From an uncultured Chloroflexia bacterium (GTDB lineage Bacteria > Chloroflexota > Limnocylindria > Limnocylindrales > CSP1-4): a stretch of 64,000 bases of DNA. A model generated the notes under the pieces. That model was given only the letters and a program-made list of their open reading frames with translations, searched no databases and was not told where the DNA came from. Shown here piece by piece: positions 19,911 through 30,034 of this stretch. Both the position numbers and the translations under genes were made by a program. Within the stretch, counting starts at the first letter, position 1; every line of letters begins with the position of its first letter. The DNA is taken from contig CAWBMK010000005.1 of the NCBI GenBank assembly GCA_963789905.1, positions 14,387-78,386 on the forward strand, read 5' to 3'.

Positions 19911-22900
19911 GTGGCTGAGGTTCGATGCCCGTCCTGCGGAGAGGAGAATCCGGAGCGGGCGAAGTTCTGTCTCGAGTGCGGGGCGGCGCTGGGCGCGCCG
20001 GCGGCCGCACCTCGCGACGTGCGCAAGACCGTCACCATCCTCTTCGCCGATATCACCGGCTCGACCGAGTTGGGGGAGCGGCTCGACCCCGAGGCCGTCC
20101 GCACTCTGTTGGCCAGGTATTTCACTGCCATGCGGACCGTGATCGAACGACACGGGGGTACCGTCGAGAAGTTCATCGGCGACGCTGTCATGGCGGTGTT
20201 CGGCATCCCCGTTGCCCACGAGGACGACGCGTTGCGGGCCGCCCGCGCGGCTGTCGAAATGGGCGCGGCGCTCGAGCGGCTCGACGTCGAGCTCGGTGCG
20301 CGAATCCAGATCCGCACCGGCATCAACACGGGCCAGATCGTCGCTGGCTCGCCGGGTTCGCGGGAGACCCTGGTCACGGGTGATGCCGTCAATGTCGCCG
20401 CCCGCCTCGAACAGGCCGCCGGGCCGGACCAGATCCTGGTCGGCGAGACGACGGCACGACTGCTGCGCGACGTAGCCGATCTCGAGCGGCTCGAGCCGCT
20501 CGTCCTCAAGGGGAAGGCCAAGGCGGTGGGGGTGCACCGCCTCCACGGGCTGCGAACGGTGCCGGACGTGGCGCTGCTCCACGCAGAGACGCCGATGATC
20601 GGCCGGCAAGCCGAGCTGGCCGCCCTTCAGGGAGTCTTCGATGGAGTCGTCGCATTGGGCTCACCGCTGCTCGCGGCCGCCATCGGAACTGCCGGTGTCG
20701 GCAAGAGTCGCCTCGTCCGTGAGTTTCTCGCGTCGGTCGCAGAGCGGACCACTATCCTGCGCGGCCGCTGCCTCCCCTATGGCCAAGGCATCACGTTCTG
20801 GCCTATCGCCGAGATCGTGCGGCAGGCCGCAGTGATCGAGGAGGCGGACAGCGCGGAGCGTGCGCGTGCGCGCCTTCGCGAGCTTCTCGACGGCATGCCC
20901 GAGGCGACCCACGTCGGCGCCGCGCTCGAGGGGCTCCTTGGGCTTGGAGCGGGCGGCGGCTCCCCCGTTGAGGAGTTGTCGTGGGCGACGCGCCGTCTCC
21001 TCGAGTGGGTGGCCACCCCTTCGCCGCTGGTCGTCGTCATCGAGGACATCCACTGGGCCGAGCCAGCCTTGCTCGACCTCGTCGACCATATCCTGAGCCA
21101 TGGTCGCGCGCCTATCGTCGTCGTGACGCCATCCCGACCGGATATTCTCGAGACTCACCCGGCGTTCATATCGGGTCCGGACAGAGTCGTCGTCCATCTG
21201 GAGCCCCTCGCCGACGCTGCTGCACGTGAGCTGATCGAACGCCTGTTGCCTGGGCACGGCCACGTGGTCGAGTTGCGGGCTCGGATCGCCGAGGCAGCCG
21301 ATGGCAATCCCCTCTATGTCGAGGAACTTGTCGGGATGCTCGTCGATGGTGGGACCGTTCGACGCATCGATGGTGGCTGGGAGGTCGTCGGGTCGGCCGA
21401 CATCGTCTCGATGCCGCCGACCATCGGTGCCCTGCTTAGCGCGCGTCTCGATGGCCTCGGACCCGAGCGGACCGCAGCGGAGCGCGGTTCGGTCGTCGGC
21501 CGTGTGTTCGAGGCACGGGCGATTGCGCATCTCTCGGCGGATACGGCGCCGTCGGCGCTCTCCGAACAACTCGCCATCCTCGTTCGCAAGGACCTCATCC
21601 GCCTTGATTCGTCCATCATCGAGGAGGTTGCATACCGGTTCCGACACATCCTGATTCGTGATGCCGCCTATGGGTCGCTGGCCAAGGCCGAGCGCGCCCG
21701 CCTGCACGAGAGCCTGGGCACATGGCTTGAGGCGATTTCGGGCGATCGGCTCGCCGAGGTCGAGGAGATCGTTGGCTATCACCTCGAGCAAGCCGCGCTG
21801 TACCAGGGCGAGATTGGCTCGGCCGCCGAGGCACAGCGCTTGGCTCCCCTGGCCGCGCGACGGCTTGCCGCGGCGGCCACCCGAGCGGCCGACCGAGGCG
21901 ACATTCGCGCCGCGGCTAACCTTCTCGAGAGAGCCAGTGCGCTCCTGTCGCCCGACGATCCAGCGCGCGAAGCGATCCTCCTCGAGCTTGCCGTGGCCCT
22001 CGCGAGTTCGAATGACCGAAGCAGAGCCGGCGACATCCTCCGGGGCGTCCTCGATCGCGCAACGGATGCCAAGGACGCCATCACCCGAGCGAACGCGCTC
22101 GTCCAGCTGTGGGGTTTCGGCGACATAGCCAGTGAGGATCAAGCACGCATTCGCACAGGCGCTCGTGAGGCGATCTCGGTGCTCGAGGCTGCAGGCGATG
22201 AGCTGGGCCTTGCGCGAGCCTGGCGGCTGCTGGGCGACGCTCACTGGTTCGCCGGAGAGGCGGCGGCGGCCGAGGCGGCAATAGAGCGTTCGCTTGGCCA
22301 CGCTCGGCGCGCCCGACGCCAGAGCGACATCATCGTGGCCTTCGAGAATCTCAGCGCGATCCTCACCACGGGGCCGACGCCAGTCGACGTCGGGATCTCG
22401 CGCTGCGACGAGATCATGGAGTCGGAGGGTGACGATCGGATGGTTGGCGCGTGGATGGCCCATGCACTCGCGCATCTGCGTGCCAGGCGTGGCGACTTCG
22501 CCGAGGCGCGACGGCTCGCCGCGCTCAACAGGCGTGTGCTCGAGGACAACGGGCAGACGTATGAGCATGCGGTCATGGCCGAGCTCGTCGCCGACGTGGA
22601 GTACCACGCAGGCGACGCCTCGGCGGCCGTCGCGGTGCTGCGAGATGGTCTCGAGACGACGCGGCAACTCGGCAAGGCGAGTGCGGTCCTGGCGGCTCAT
22701 CTTGGCCATGTCGCCTGGCACGCCGGCGAGGTGGCTCTCGCTGAGGAGACCGCCGAGGATGGGATGGCGGCGGGCGGTTGGACCCGGGCGCTCACCGTTG
22801 GGACACTCGGTCGCGTCCGCGCGTCCCAGGGCAGCTACGACGAGGCGGAAGCGCTCGTCCGCGAAGGTCTCGCCTATTGGGAAACGACCGACTACCTGAC

Positions 22901-23066
22901 CTACCACGCCTGGACCCTCGAGGCGCTGGGTGACGTGCTGGCCCTGGCCGGCAGGAACGGTGAGGCGGTCGAGGCTCTCATGGCGGCGGCCGCTCTGCAC
23001 GAGCAAAAGGGGAGCACCGTCGGGGTCGCCAAGGTCCAGGCGGCGATAGCGAGATTAGGCTCCTAA
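19911..23066 (+). CDS. multidomain STAND protein: Zn-ribbon, class III adenylyl/guanylyl cyclase domain, AAA/NB-ARC-like NTPase, TPR/helical repeats; no HTH
   Basis: CPSCGEENPERAKFCLECG Zn-ribbon; cyclase motifs VTILFADITGSTEL and FIGDAVMAVFG; P-loop GTAGVGKSRLV; long Ala/Leu-rich TPR-like C-terminus; GTG start with a GGGAGGG Shine-Dalgarno. Confidence 0.8.
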   Translation: MAEVRCPSCGEENPERAKFCLECGAALGAPAAAPRDVRKTVTILFADITGSTELGERLDPEAVRTLLARYFTAMRTVIERHGGTVEKFIGDAVMAVFGIPVAHEDDALRAARAAVEMGAALERLDVELGARIQIRTGINTGQIVAGSPGSRETLVTGDAVNVAARLEQAAGPDQILVGETTARLLRDVADLERLEPLVLKGKAKAVGVHRLHGLRTVPDVALLHAETPMIGRQAELAALQGVFDGVVALGSPLLAAAIGTAGVGKSRLVREFLASVAERTTILRGRCLPYGQGITFWPIAEIVRQAAVIEEADSAERARARLRELLDGMPEATHVGAALEGLLGLGAGGGSPVEELSWATRRLLEWVATPSPLVVVIEDIHWAEPALLDLVDHILSHGRAPIVVVTPSRPDILETHPAFISGPDRVVVHLEPLADAAARELIERLLPGHGHVVELRARIAEAADGNPLYVEELVGMLVDGGTVRRIDGGWEVVGSADIVSMPPTIGALLSARLDGLGPERTAAERGSVVGRVFEARAIAHLSADTAPSALSEQLAILVRKDLIRLDSSIIEEVAYRFRHILIRDAAYGSLAKAERARLHESLGTWLEAISGDRLAEVEEIVGYHLEQAALYQGEIGSAAEAQRLAPLAARRLAAAATRAADRGDIRAAANLLERASALLSPDDPAREAILLELAVALASSNDRSRAGDILRGVLDRATDAKDAITRANALVQLWGFGDIASEDQARIRTGAREAISVLEAAGDELGLARAWRLLGDAHWFAGEAAAAEAAIERSLGHARRARRQSDIIVAFENLSAILTTGPTPVDVGISRCDEIMESEGDDRMVGAWMAHALAHLRARRGDFAEARRLAALNRRVLEDNGQTYEHAVMAELVADVEYHAGDASAAVAVLRDGLETTRQLGKASAVLAAHLGHVAWHAGEVALAEETAEDGMAAGGWTRALTVGTLGRVRASQGSYDEAEALVREGLAYWETTDYLTYHAWTLEALGDVLALAGRNGEAVEALMAAAALHEQKGSTVGVAKVQAAIARLGS

Positions 23067-23076
23067 ACTCTGCGAC

Positions 23077-24016
23077 ATGGCGCCGCTACCGATGAGGGTC
23101 GCCGTCTACGGCGCCGGGGGGATCGGCGCCTTCTACGGCACGCGCCTCGCGGACGGTGGCGCCGACGTCCACCTCATCGCCCGAGGTGCTCACCTCGATG
23201 CGATTCGCGAGCGTGGCCTGACCGTCGAGACGGCCGACGAGGCAAAGACCTACGACCTGCCCGCGACGGACGACCCGGCATCGATCGGACCGGTCGACAT
23301 CGTCCTGTTCTGCGTCAAGTCGTACGACACTGAGGCGGCCGCCGCTCGTCTCGAGCCGCTGCTCCGCCCCGATACGGCGGTGATCTCGCTCCAGAATGGG
23401 ATCGACAACGAGGAACGGATCGCAGCGGCCATCGGACCCCAGCACGTGGTCGGCGGGGCCGCCTACATCATGGCCGCCATCAGCGAGCCGGGTGTCGTGA
23501 CCGCCAGTGGCCCGCGTAGCATCGTCGTCGGGGAGATGGCCGGCGGGCCACCGTCGCCCCGGCTGGAGGCGTTCATCGAAGTGGCGCGGCGGGGCGGGTT
23601 CGGGGCCATCGCCGCAGCCGATATCCGGGTCGCCAAATGGGAGAAGTACACGCTCCTGGTGGCGTTCTCGGCGATGACGGCCGCCGTCCGCCTGCCGGTC
23701 GGCCCGATCGCTCGGTCACCCGCGGCGGCGGCCATGCTGCGCTCGATCATGACCGAGGCCTGGACCGTCGGCCGGGCCTCCGGTGTCGCCCTTGCCGACG
23801 ACCTCGTCGATCGGCAGTACACGCTTGCTCACCGCGCAGGAGGAGGATGGGGTGACCTCCCTCTACAACGACATGACGACCGGTCACCGAATGGAGGTCG
23901 AAGCGCTCCAGGGGACGCTGATCAGGATGGGGCGGAGCGTCGGGATCCCCACGCCGTGGACCGAGGCCGCCTATGCGATCCTTCAGCCATGGGCGATGAG
24001 GAACGAGTCCCGATGA
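23077..24016 (+). CDS. 2-dehydropantoate 2-reductase (ketopantoate reductase family), frame-shifted near the C-terminus
   Basis: N-terminal VAVYGAGGIGAFYG Rossmann motif and VKSYD in frame 1; the conserved C-terminus (TSLYNDMTTGHRMEVEALQGTLIRMGRSVGIPTP) is in frame 2 (track ORF 23783..24016); switch near 23838-23860 at a GGGG run. Confidence 0.55.
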
Positions 24017-25549
24017 CCGCGTCGACGACCCCCGCCGTGGGCGCCACCGACGCTCGACCCGCGCCGAGCTTTCGCCTGTTCATCGCCGGCGAATGGGTCG
24101 AGTCCATCTCTGGGGCGAACGTTCGAGAGTCGCAACCCGGCCGACGTTCGCGACGTGGTCGGCCACTTTCAGGCGGGGAGCGCGCCCGACGTCGGGATGG
24201 CGATCAAGGCTGCCGAGATGGCATTTCCCGCCTGGCGGGCGATGCCGGCTCCGAAGCGGGGCGAGATCCTCTACCGGTTCGGCCAGCTCATGGCCGAGCA
24301 CAAGGAACGGCTTGCCCGGGCGCTCACCCGCGAGATGGGCAAGGTCATCGCCGAGGCCCGGGGCGACGTCCAGGAGGGCATCGACATCGCCTTCCTCATG
24401 GCCGGCGAGGGCCGCCGAATGTTCGGCGACACCGTGCCCTCGGAACTGCCCGACAAGTGGGCCATGAGCATCCGTCAGCCGCTCGGAGTCGCCGGCATCA
24501 TCACGCCCTGGAACTTCCCGATCGCGATCCCGTGCTGGAAGATGATGCCCGCCCTGGTCGCCGGCAATACGGTCGTCTTCAAGCCGGCGTCCGACACGCC
24601 CCACTGTGCGACGCTCCTCGTCGAGCTGATGGCCGAGGCCGGCTTCCCGCCCGGGACGGTCAATCTCGTCACCGGATCGGGCGCCGACGTCGGCGACTCG
24701 CTCGTCGAGTCGCCCGATGTCGCCGTCATCTCCTTCACCGGCCACTCGGCCAACGGCAAGCGGATCGCCGAGCGGGCCGGTCGCCGGCTCAAGCGCCTTT
24801 CGCTCGAGCTCGGGGGGAAGAACGCCATCGCCGTCCTGCGCGATGCCGATCTCGATCTGGCTGTCGAGGGCATCCTCTGGTCGGCCTTCGGGACGACGGG
24901 CCAGCGCTGTACGGCCTGTTCGCGCGTCGTCGTCGAGGACACGGTCGCCGATGAGCTGCTGTCGCGTCTTGAGGCGCGAGCGACGACCCTCCGGCTGGGC
25001 GACGGCCAGGATGCAACGACCGACGTCGGTCCGCTGATCAATGCGGCGGCCGTCGAGAAGGTCGAGAGCTACATCGACATCGGGCGAGCCGAGGCCGACC
25101 TCGTCGTGGGTGGTCGCCCGGCGGGCGGCGATGGGCTCGCCAACGGTCACTTCTTCGAGCCGACGATCTTCGGCGGCGTCCGGCCAATGGATCGGATCGG
25201 CCAGGAGGAGATCTTCGGCCCAGTCCTCGCCGTGATTCCGGTGGCCGACTATGCCGAGGCCGTGACCGCCGTCAACCAGGTTCGCTACGGCCTCTCGTCC
25301 TCGATCTATACCAGCGACGTGAACGCGGCCTTCCGGGCCATGCGCGACTTCGAGACCGGTATCGTCTACGTCAACGCCGGCACGACCGGGGCCGAGACCC
25401 ATCTGCCGTTCGGTGGCTGGAAGGAGACAGGCAACGGCCACCGCGAAGCCGGCCACGCCGCGCTCGATACGTACACCGAATGGAAGTCGATCTATGTCGA
25501 CTTCTCCGGCCGACTCCAGAAGGCCCAGATCGACAACCAGCCCTCGTAG
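24013..25549 (+). CDS. NAD(P)-dependent aldehyde dehydrogenase, with an apparent frameshift at codon ~36
   Basis: Frame 1 gives MTASTT...FRLFIAGEWVESISGA; frame 2 continues TFESRNPADVRDVVGHFQAG... through the catalytic ELGGKNA and Cys region; frames switch at the GGGG run around 24118-24128. Confidence 0.7.
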
Positions 25550-25800
25550 CGCGCGCTCGGCGAGAGGCTGGACGACCTCGCATTCGCTGTTATGCGGAAC
25601 CGTGGCTAGGGGCGTTCGGAGGACGTCGATCGCCTGCACGCGCGGTAGTCTCCATCGGGCCCTTCGATCGCCCGATCACACGGTTCCGTCCGCGCGGACC
25701 CGCGATCACGCCCAGTGCGGCCAGCGGGTGCGGGGCGACGGGGGGCGTAACGTTGTGCCCTCGGCGGCGTCGTGGGCCTTGGGATCGCATAGAGAGGTGG

Positions 25801-26489
25801 GCGGCTATGGCATCGCCCGACGGAAAACCGGGCACGGGATGGTGGCGGTCACGGGCGTTCCTGGAGCCGCTGCTGATCACGATCGGCGGCGTGGTGGGGA
25901 ACATTGCGATCTACCTGGTAGTCGTGGACGCCGTTAATCCTCCGTGCCCGGATGCGGAGTGCGGCAATTGCACTGCGAGATCCAGCTGCTCGTGACTGGG
26001 TTCATGCTCCTCATCCTGCCCTTGGCGGGCAGGTTGATCACGGGCGTCGCCGTGGGCCGGTCGAGCCGCGACTCGGGGCTCGCGGGCCGCGCCATCGTGG
26101 CCGGGATACTGATCGTGTGGCTTACGTTGATGGTCGCGACCGAGGGGGACGGGGCCCTCAGTTTCATCATGTCCATGGTCAGCCTGATCTTGGTCGGGAT
26201 CGGGTTTGGCTTGGAGCGCCAGAGACATCCGAGTCTTCAAGCCTCGCAGCAGCCCGCACAGATGCCGCCGTTGGACGCCTGGACCGTGGTGCGTCCACCT
26301 CCGAGCCATCGTGTAGCGATAGATGCCTGGATGACGGACTCGGGCTGGACCGAGATCGACCGGGGCGAGTCGGGCGTATGGACTGCACTCTCGGTTTCGA
26401 GCAGCCGACTTCGCTGGGGACGAGCAAGACCTCCGGCAGTACCTCGCCGGCTTACGCGACTGGGCGTTCGACTCGGACTCGTCTGCTGA
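25801..26489 (+). CDS. possible disrupted gene for a small membrane protein (two overlapping frames)
   Basis: Frame 1 ORF MASPDGKPGTGWWRS...YLVVVDAV (25801-25995) and frame 3 ORF with two hydrophobic helices (26005/25944-26489); GC3 drops after 26200; no recognisable family. Confidence 0.2.
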
Positions 26490-26742
26490 TCAGCACTGGC
26501 GACCTGCCGCGCAAGCTCTTGCAGCCGGGCGTGCCTACGAGTGAACCGCGGTCGATGCGAACGCCGACGGCGAAGCGATCTCGCATCAGTGGCCAGCGAC
26601 GAGCCGAAGCGTCCGGTGGGCCTATTCGCGTAGCACGCTAGTTCACACGACGCTCTGCGCGGGAAGGCCGCCGAATGCCTCAGCAAGGCACAGGGTGTCG
26701 CCGAGGAAGTCTCAGCAGACTATTTCGATCCTGCCGCCGGCC

Positions 26743-27297
26743 CTATCCGGCCGCCACAGGCTGGCGCAGTGCCTCTGCGATCGTGTCGGCCCATGCATCG
26801 ATCGTCGGCCAGTCGCGGAAGTCGCCGGCCGGGAGGGCATCGCGAGCCGCCGGGGTGAGGGTCATGAGCCGCTCGGCCATGCCGACGGGTGGTGCGGACG
26901 GATCCCAGGCGCCGAAGAAGACCGTCGTCCCGCGGGGCCGGACGAGCTTCTCGAACTCGGCGAACTCCTTGGGCACGCTGGACTCCACGACATCCCGTCC
27001 CTTCTCATCGACCAGGTCCGTTCCGAGCGGCCCGCTGCTGAACAGCCAGACCGGCCGTCCGGCGAGGATGACCCGGTTGTGTCTGACGAACTCGGTCGCC
27101 GGCTTGAGCCAGTGGAACATGTAGGCGGCAGCGCCGATGACATAGGCGTCGTATGACGTGATCTCGCCGACATCGGTCACACTCCGCGCCTCGGCCGGGA
27201 ACCCGGTCTCCGTCAGCCGCAAGGCGATCCGCTCGGCGATGCCGCGGGTGGCCCCGTGGCGGGTGGCGTAGGCGACGAGAACGGTCATGGCAGTCAT
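26743..27297 (-). CDS. flavodoxin-like domain protein
   Basis: MTVLVAYATRHGATRGIAERIA N-terminal flavodoxin FMN-loop pattern; about 184 aa from the internal Met; the track ORF extends to 27351. Confidence 0.65.
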   Translation of the reverse strand: MTAMTVLVAYATRHGATRGIAERIALRLTETGFPAEARSVTDVGEITSYDAYVIGAAAYMFHWLKPATEFVRHNRVILAGRPVWLFSSGPLGTDLVDEKGRDVVESSVPKEFAEFEKLVRPRGTTVFFGAWDPSAPPVGMAERLMTLTPAARDALPAGDFRDWPTIDAWADTIAEALRQPVAAG

Positions 27298-27583
27298 CCT
27301 CCAACCTTCGAGGGCGACACAACGATGCGCGGGAGCGGGGTACCCGGACAAGGGCTGAAGGTCGCTCGATCCCGTGTCGCTCTTCCCGCTCGAGCAGGAA
27401 CGGCAGGAAGGACTTCGTCATGTACAGCGTTCCGCGCCAGTCCTACGAGCCCACGGCTGTAACAATCGTGCGCCTGGTCGCGTCGTATGCCCAGGGACTC
27501 GGCCGATCGCCGAGCAACGTCAGGCGCTGACGTTTCCGGGCTCCCCGGACAGACGCACAGGACGCCACGCGAGCACGGCTGGC

Positions 27584-29122
27584 ATGGCGAGGAGGGACAC
27601 AGTGTCATCGCTTCTGCGCCGGTTCCCGGACGGCCTGCGACCCCGATCCCGCGGTCGGCTCAGCACGCTTCTGACTGCCGCCATCATGGCGGGACTCTGC
27701 CTGCCCTTCGGGGTGGCCGAGGTTCGTGCAGCTTCCATCCCGACCACGACGACCGTGACGGGGCCCGCGGAGCCGGCCGACAAGCCGGATCTTGTCTTCG
27801 TGACGGTCCGAGTCTCGCCCGCCCCGCAGGCGCAGGATGGGTTCATCCCGGGCGTCTTCGTATTCGAAGGCGACCGCAATATCGGCGGCGGGCCGATCAG
27901 CCCCGATGGGACCGTGGTCGAAGCCGTTGACGTGGGCCCGGGCAGCCATGTCATCCACGCCGTGTTCTCCGGGTTCAACGACTATGAGCCAAGCCAGAGC
28001 GCCCCGATCACGATCGAGGTCGGGAGCGCCACGGCCACGACCCTGACATCGAGTCGTGAGCCCGCGCTTCACACGCAGGAGGTCACCTTCACGGCGACCG
28101 TGGCCGGCAAGCTGGGCAACCAGGGGCCGGCCGATGCCCCCGTGGGCGGGACCCTGATCATCGTCGACACGACGACCGATGCGACCCTCGGCAGCCTCGG
28201 TGTGACCGCCGACGCCCGGACGCTGGCGGTGTCGACCAAGCTCTCGCTCGGGAGCCATGTACTCGAGGCGAGGTACAGCGGCGTCGGTCTGTTCCGTGCC
28301 TCGAGCGTGCAGCTGACGCAATCGATCGAGGCCGACCAGACGGTCGACGCGGGTGGGGTGAGTTCGACTCCCGCGACCTTCTATCCGATCGTCGACGGCT
28401 ACAAGGACACGAATTCGATCCGCGGCGTTCGCAACGAGCCGATCTCCGTGCTCATTCGCATCTACTCGGTCAGCTCCGGCAAGGTCGTTCGTTCTGCGAA
28501 CGTCGGCGTCGCGTCTGGCAGCTACGCGTGGACGTGGAACGGTCGATCGACATCGGGCGCGCTTCAGCCCGCCGGGAAGTACCGGATCGTCCAGACCCTG
28601 ACCGACACCGCCGCGAACAAGCTGACAGTGACGACCTACACGAACGTCTCGCGAAAGCGTCTCTACTACCACACCGCCACGATCACCAAGAATGGAAACG
28701 CCTACTCGATCTATGGCGATCACGGCGACGGATCGATCAGCCGTGCTCGGTCCAGCTACAGCCGCGGGGTCAGGCTGTCGAGCGGTCACTCCTGGGTTGG
28801 GGTCAGCTACTCGTTCAGCCTTCCCTCGGCCACCGTCTACAAGAGCATCACCTTCAAGGTGCTGGGCCGATCGCCGAATGGGACTCGGGCGACGATCGGT
28901 ATCTGGAACCCCAACTGGGGCTCGTACCGCTACGGGGAGAGCTACTCGCAGGCGAAGGCCATCGGGCCGCGATACGCCTGGCACTCAACGAGTGGCCCTG
29001 GCTCAGCGCTGCACCAGGGAAGGACCGCCCGCGCGATGATCGACGTCGAGTACGGGCCAGGTGGCAAGTCGTTCGACGTCGCCAAGGTGCAGCTCGTCGT
29101 GAGGTATGCGGTCCTCCGGTAG
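27584..29122 (+). CDS. secreted protein with signal peptide and repeated Ig-like (Big-type) domains
   Basis: ATG at 27584; signal peptide LSTLLTAAIMAGLCLPFGVAEVRAAS; two Ig-like segments with GSHVIHAVFSG/ GSHVLEARYSG motifs; Thr/Ser-rich beta content. Confidence 0.6.
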   Translation: MARRDTVSSLLRRFPDGLRPRSRGRLSTLLTAAIMAGLCLPFGVAEVRAASIPTTTTVTGPAEPADKPDLVFVTVRVSPAPQAQDGFIPGVFVFEGDRNIGGGPISPDGTVVEAVDVGPGSHVIHAVFSGFNDYEPSQSAPITIEVGSATATTLTSSREPALHTQEVTFTATVAGKLGNQGPADAPVGGTLIIVDTTTDATLGSLGVTADARTLAVSTKLSLGSHVLEARYSGVGLFRASSVQLTQSIEADQTVDAGGVSSTPATFYPIVDGYKDTNSIRGVRNEPISVLIRIYSVSSGKVVRSANVGVASGSYAWTWNGRSTSGALQPAGKYRIVQTLTDTAANKLTVTTYTNVSRKRLYYHTATITKNGNAYSIYGDHGDGSISRARSSYSRGVRLSSGHSWVGVSYSFSLPSATVYKSITFKVLGRSPNGTRATIGIWNPNWGSYRYGESYSQAKAIGPRYAWHSTSGPGSALHQGRTARAMIDVEYGPGGKSFDVAKVQLVVRYAVLR

Positions 29123-29488
29123 GTGTTCTGCCCGATCGTTTGCACGCACGACGGTCGCCGGAGTTCGATCGAGCGCCGGAGGGCTGGGCGCTGTTCGAGG
29201 AGACTCCACCGGTCGGCGACCCGGAGCAATCCGGCGACCGTCGCCTCGGGCTCGGCCTCGATCGACCGCCAGATCGCAGCGCCCGTCGGCTGTGACGCCA
29301 GCCGCGCGTACTCGCAAGCGATCCCGATGTCGGTCCGGGCCAGGGTTTCACCCGCGCGCGGAAGCCAGAAATACGCCGCCATTCCGGCGCGACTAGGCAT
29401 CCAGCCCGATGTCGGTGAGTCGCCTTAGACGGACCGTCGTACGCGACCGGCGAGACACGCCGGAGCGAGCGATGGGAGGGCGGCTGCC

Positions 29489-30010
29489 ATGGCAGTGGCC
29501 TCAGCAAATATCGAAGTGGCGTCCGCTTATGCGGCTCATTCGAGCTCTGTGACGAGGTACCTCACGAGTCTGATCCGGGATCCGGAGGCGGCCGAGGATC
29601 TCGCCCAGGAGGCGTTCATCCGGCTCATCGGCGAGGTCGAGGCCGGGCGCGGTCCAACGAACGTGCGTGGATGGCTGTTCCGCGTCGCGGCGAATCTCGC
29701 GGCAAGCCGCGGCCGACACCTGGCGGTCGTCACCAGGCGGGCGCCCGAGATCGCGATTCGGGAGAATGCCGCCGCGCCCGACGTCGAGGTCTGTGAGATG
29801 GAGAGAGCCCGCGCGGTCCACGCCGCGCTGGCTCGCGTCCGCGAGGCCGACCGGGAGATCGTCATGCTTGCCGCCGCCGGCTTCGACGGATCGGAGATCG
29901 CGGCCCGGCTTGGGATCAGCGAGATCGCGGCCCGAACGCGACTCTGTCGAGCCCGGGCGCGAGTACGAGACGAGCTGGTGTCGGACGGCTTCGAGGCATC
30001 TGAGCTATGA
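29489..30010 (+). CDS. ECF-type RNA polymerase sigma-70 family factor
   Basis: Region 2 DLAQEAFIRLI...VRGWLFRVAANL and region 4 HTH EIVMLAAAGFDGSEIAARLGISEIAARTRLCRAR. Confidence 0.8.
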   Translation: MAVASANIEVASAYAAHSSSVTRYLTSLIRDPEAAEDLAQEAFIRLIGEVEAGRGPTNVRGWLFRVAANLAASRGRHLAVVTRRAPEIAIRENAAAPDVEVCEMERARAVHAALARVREADREIVMLAAAGFDGSEIAARLGISEIAARTRLCRARARVRDELVSDGFEASEL

Positions 30011-30034
30011 ACATCGCCGCGTATCATCGCCGGC

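Noticed and set aside
17664-20609. 981-aa minus-strand ORF
   Set aside because: Low-complexity Arg/Gly/Asp-rich translation with no domain. It fully overlaps well-supported plus-strand genes (hbd, thiolase, cyclase N-terminus). It is a spurious antisense ORF typical of 70% GC DNA.
20661-23006. 781-aa minus-strand ORF
   Set aside because: Antisense to the cyclase-STAND gene; the translation has no motif and amino-acid bias typical of non-coding frames.
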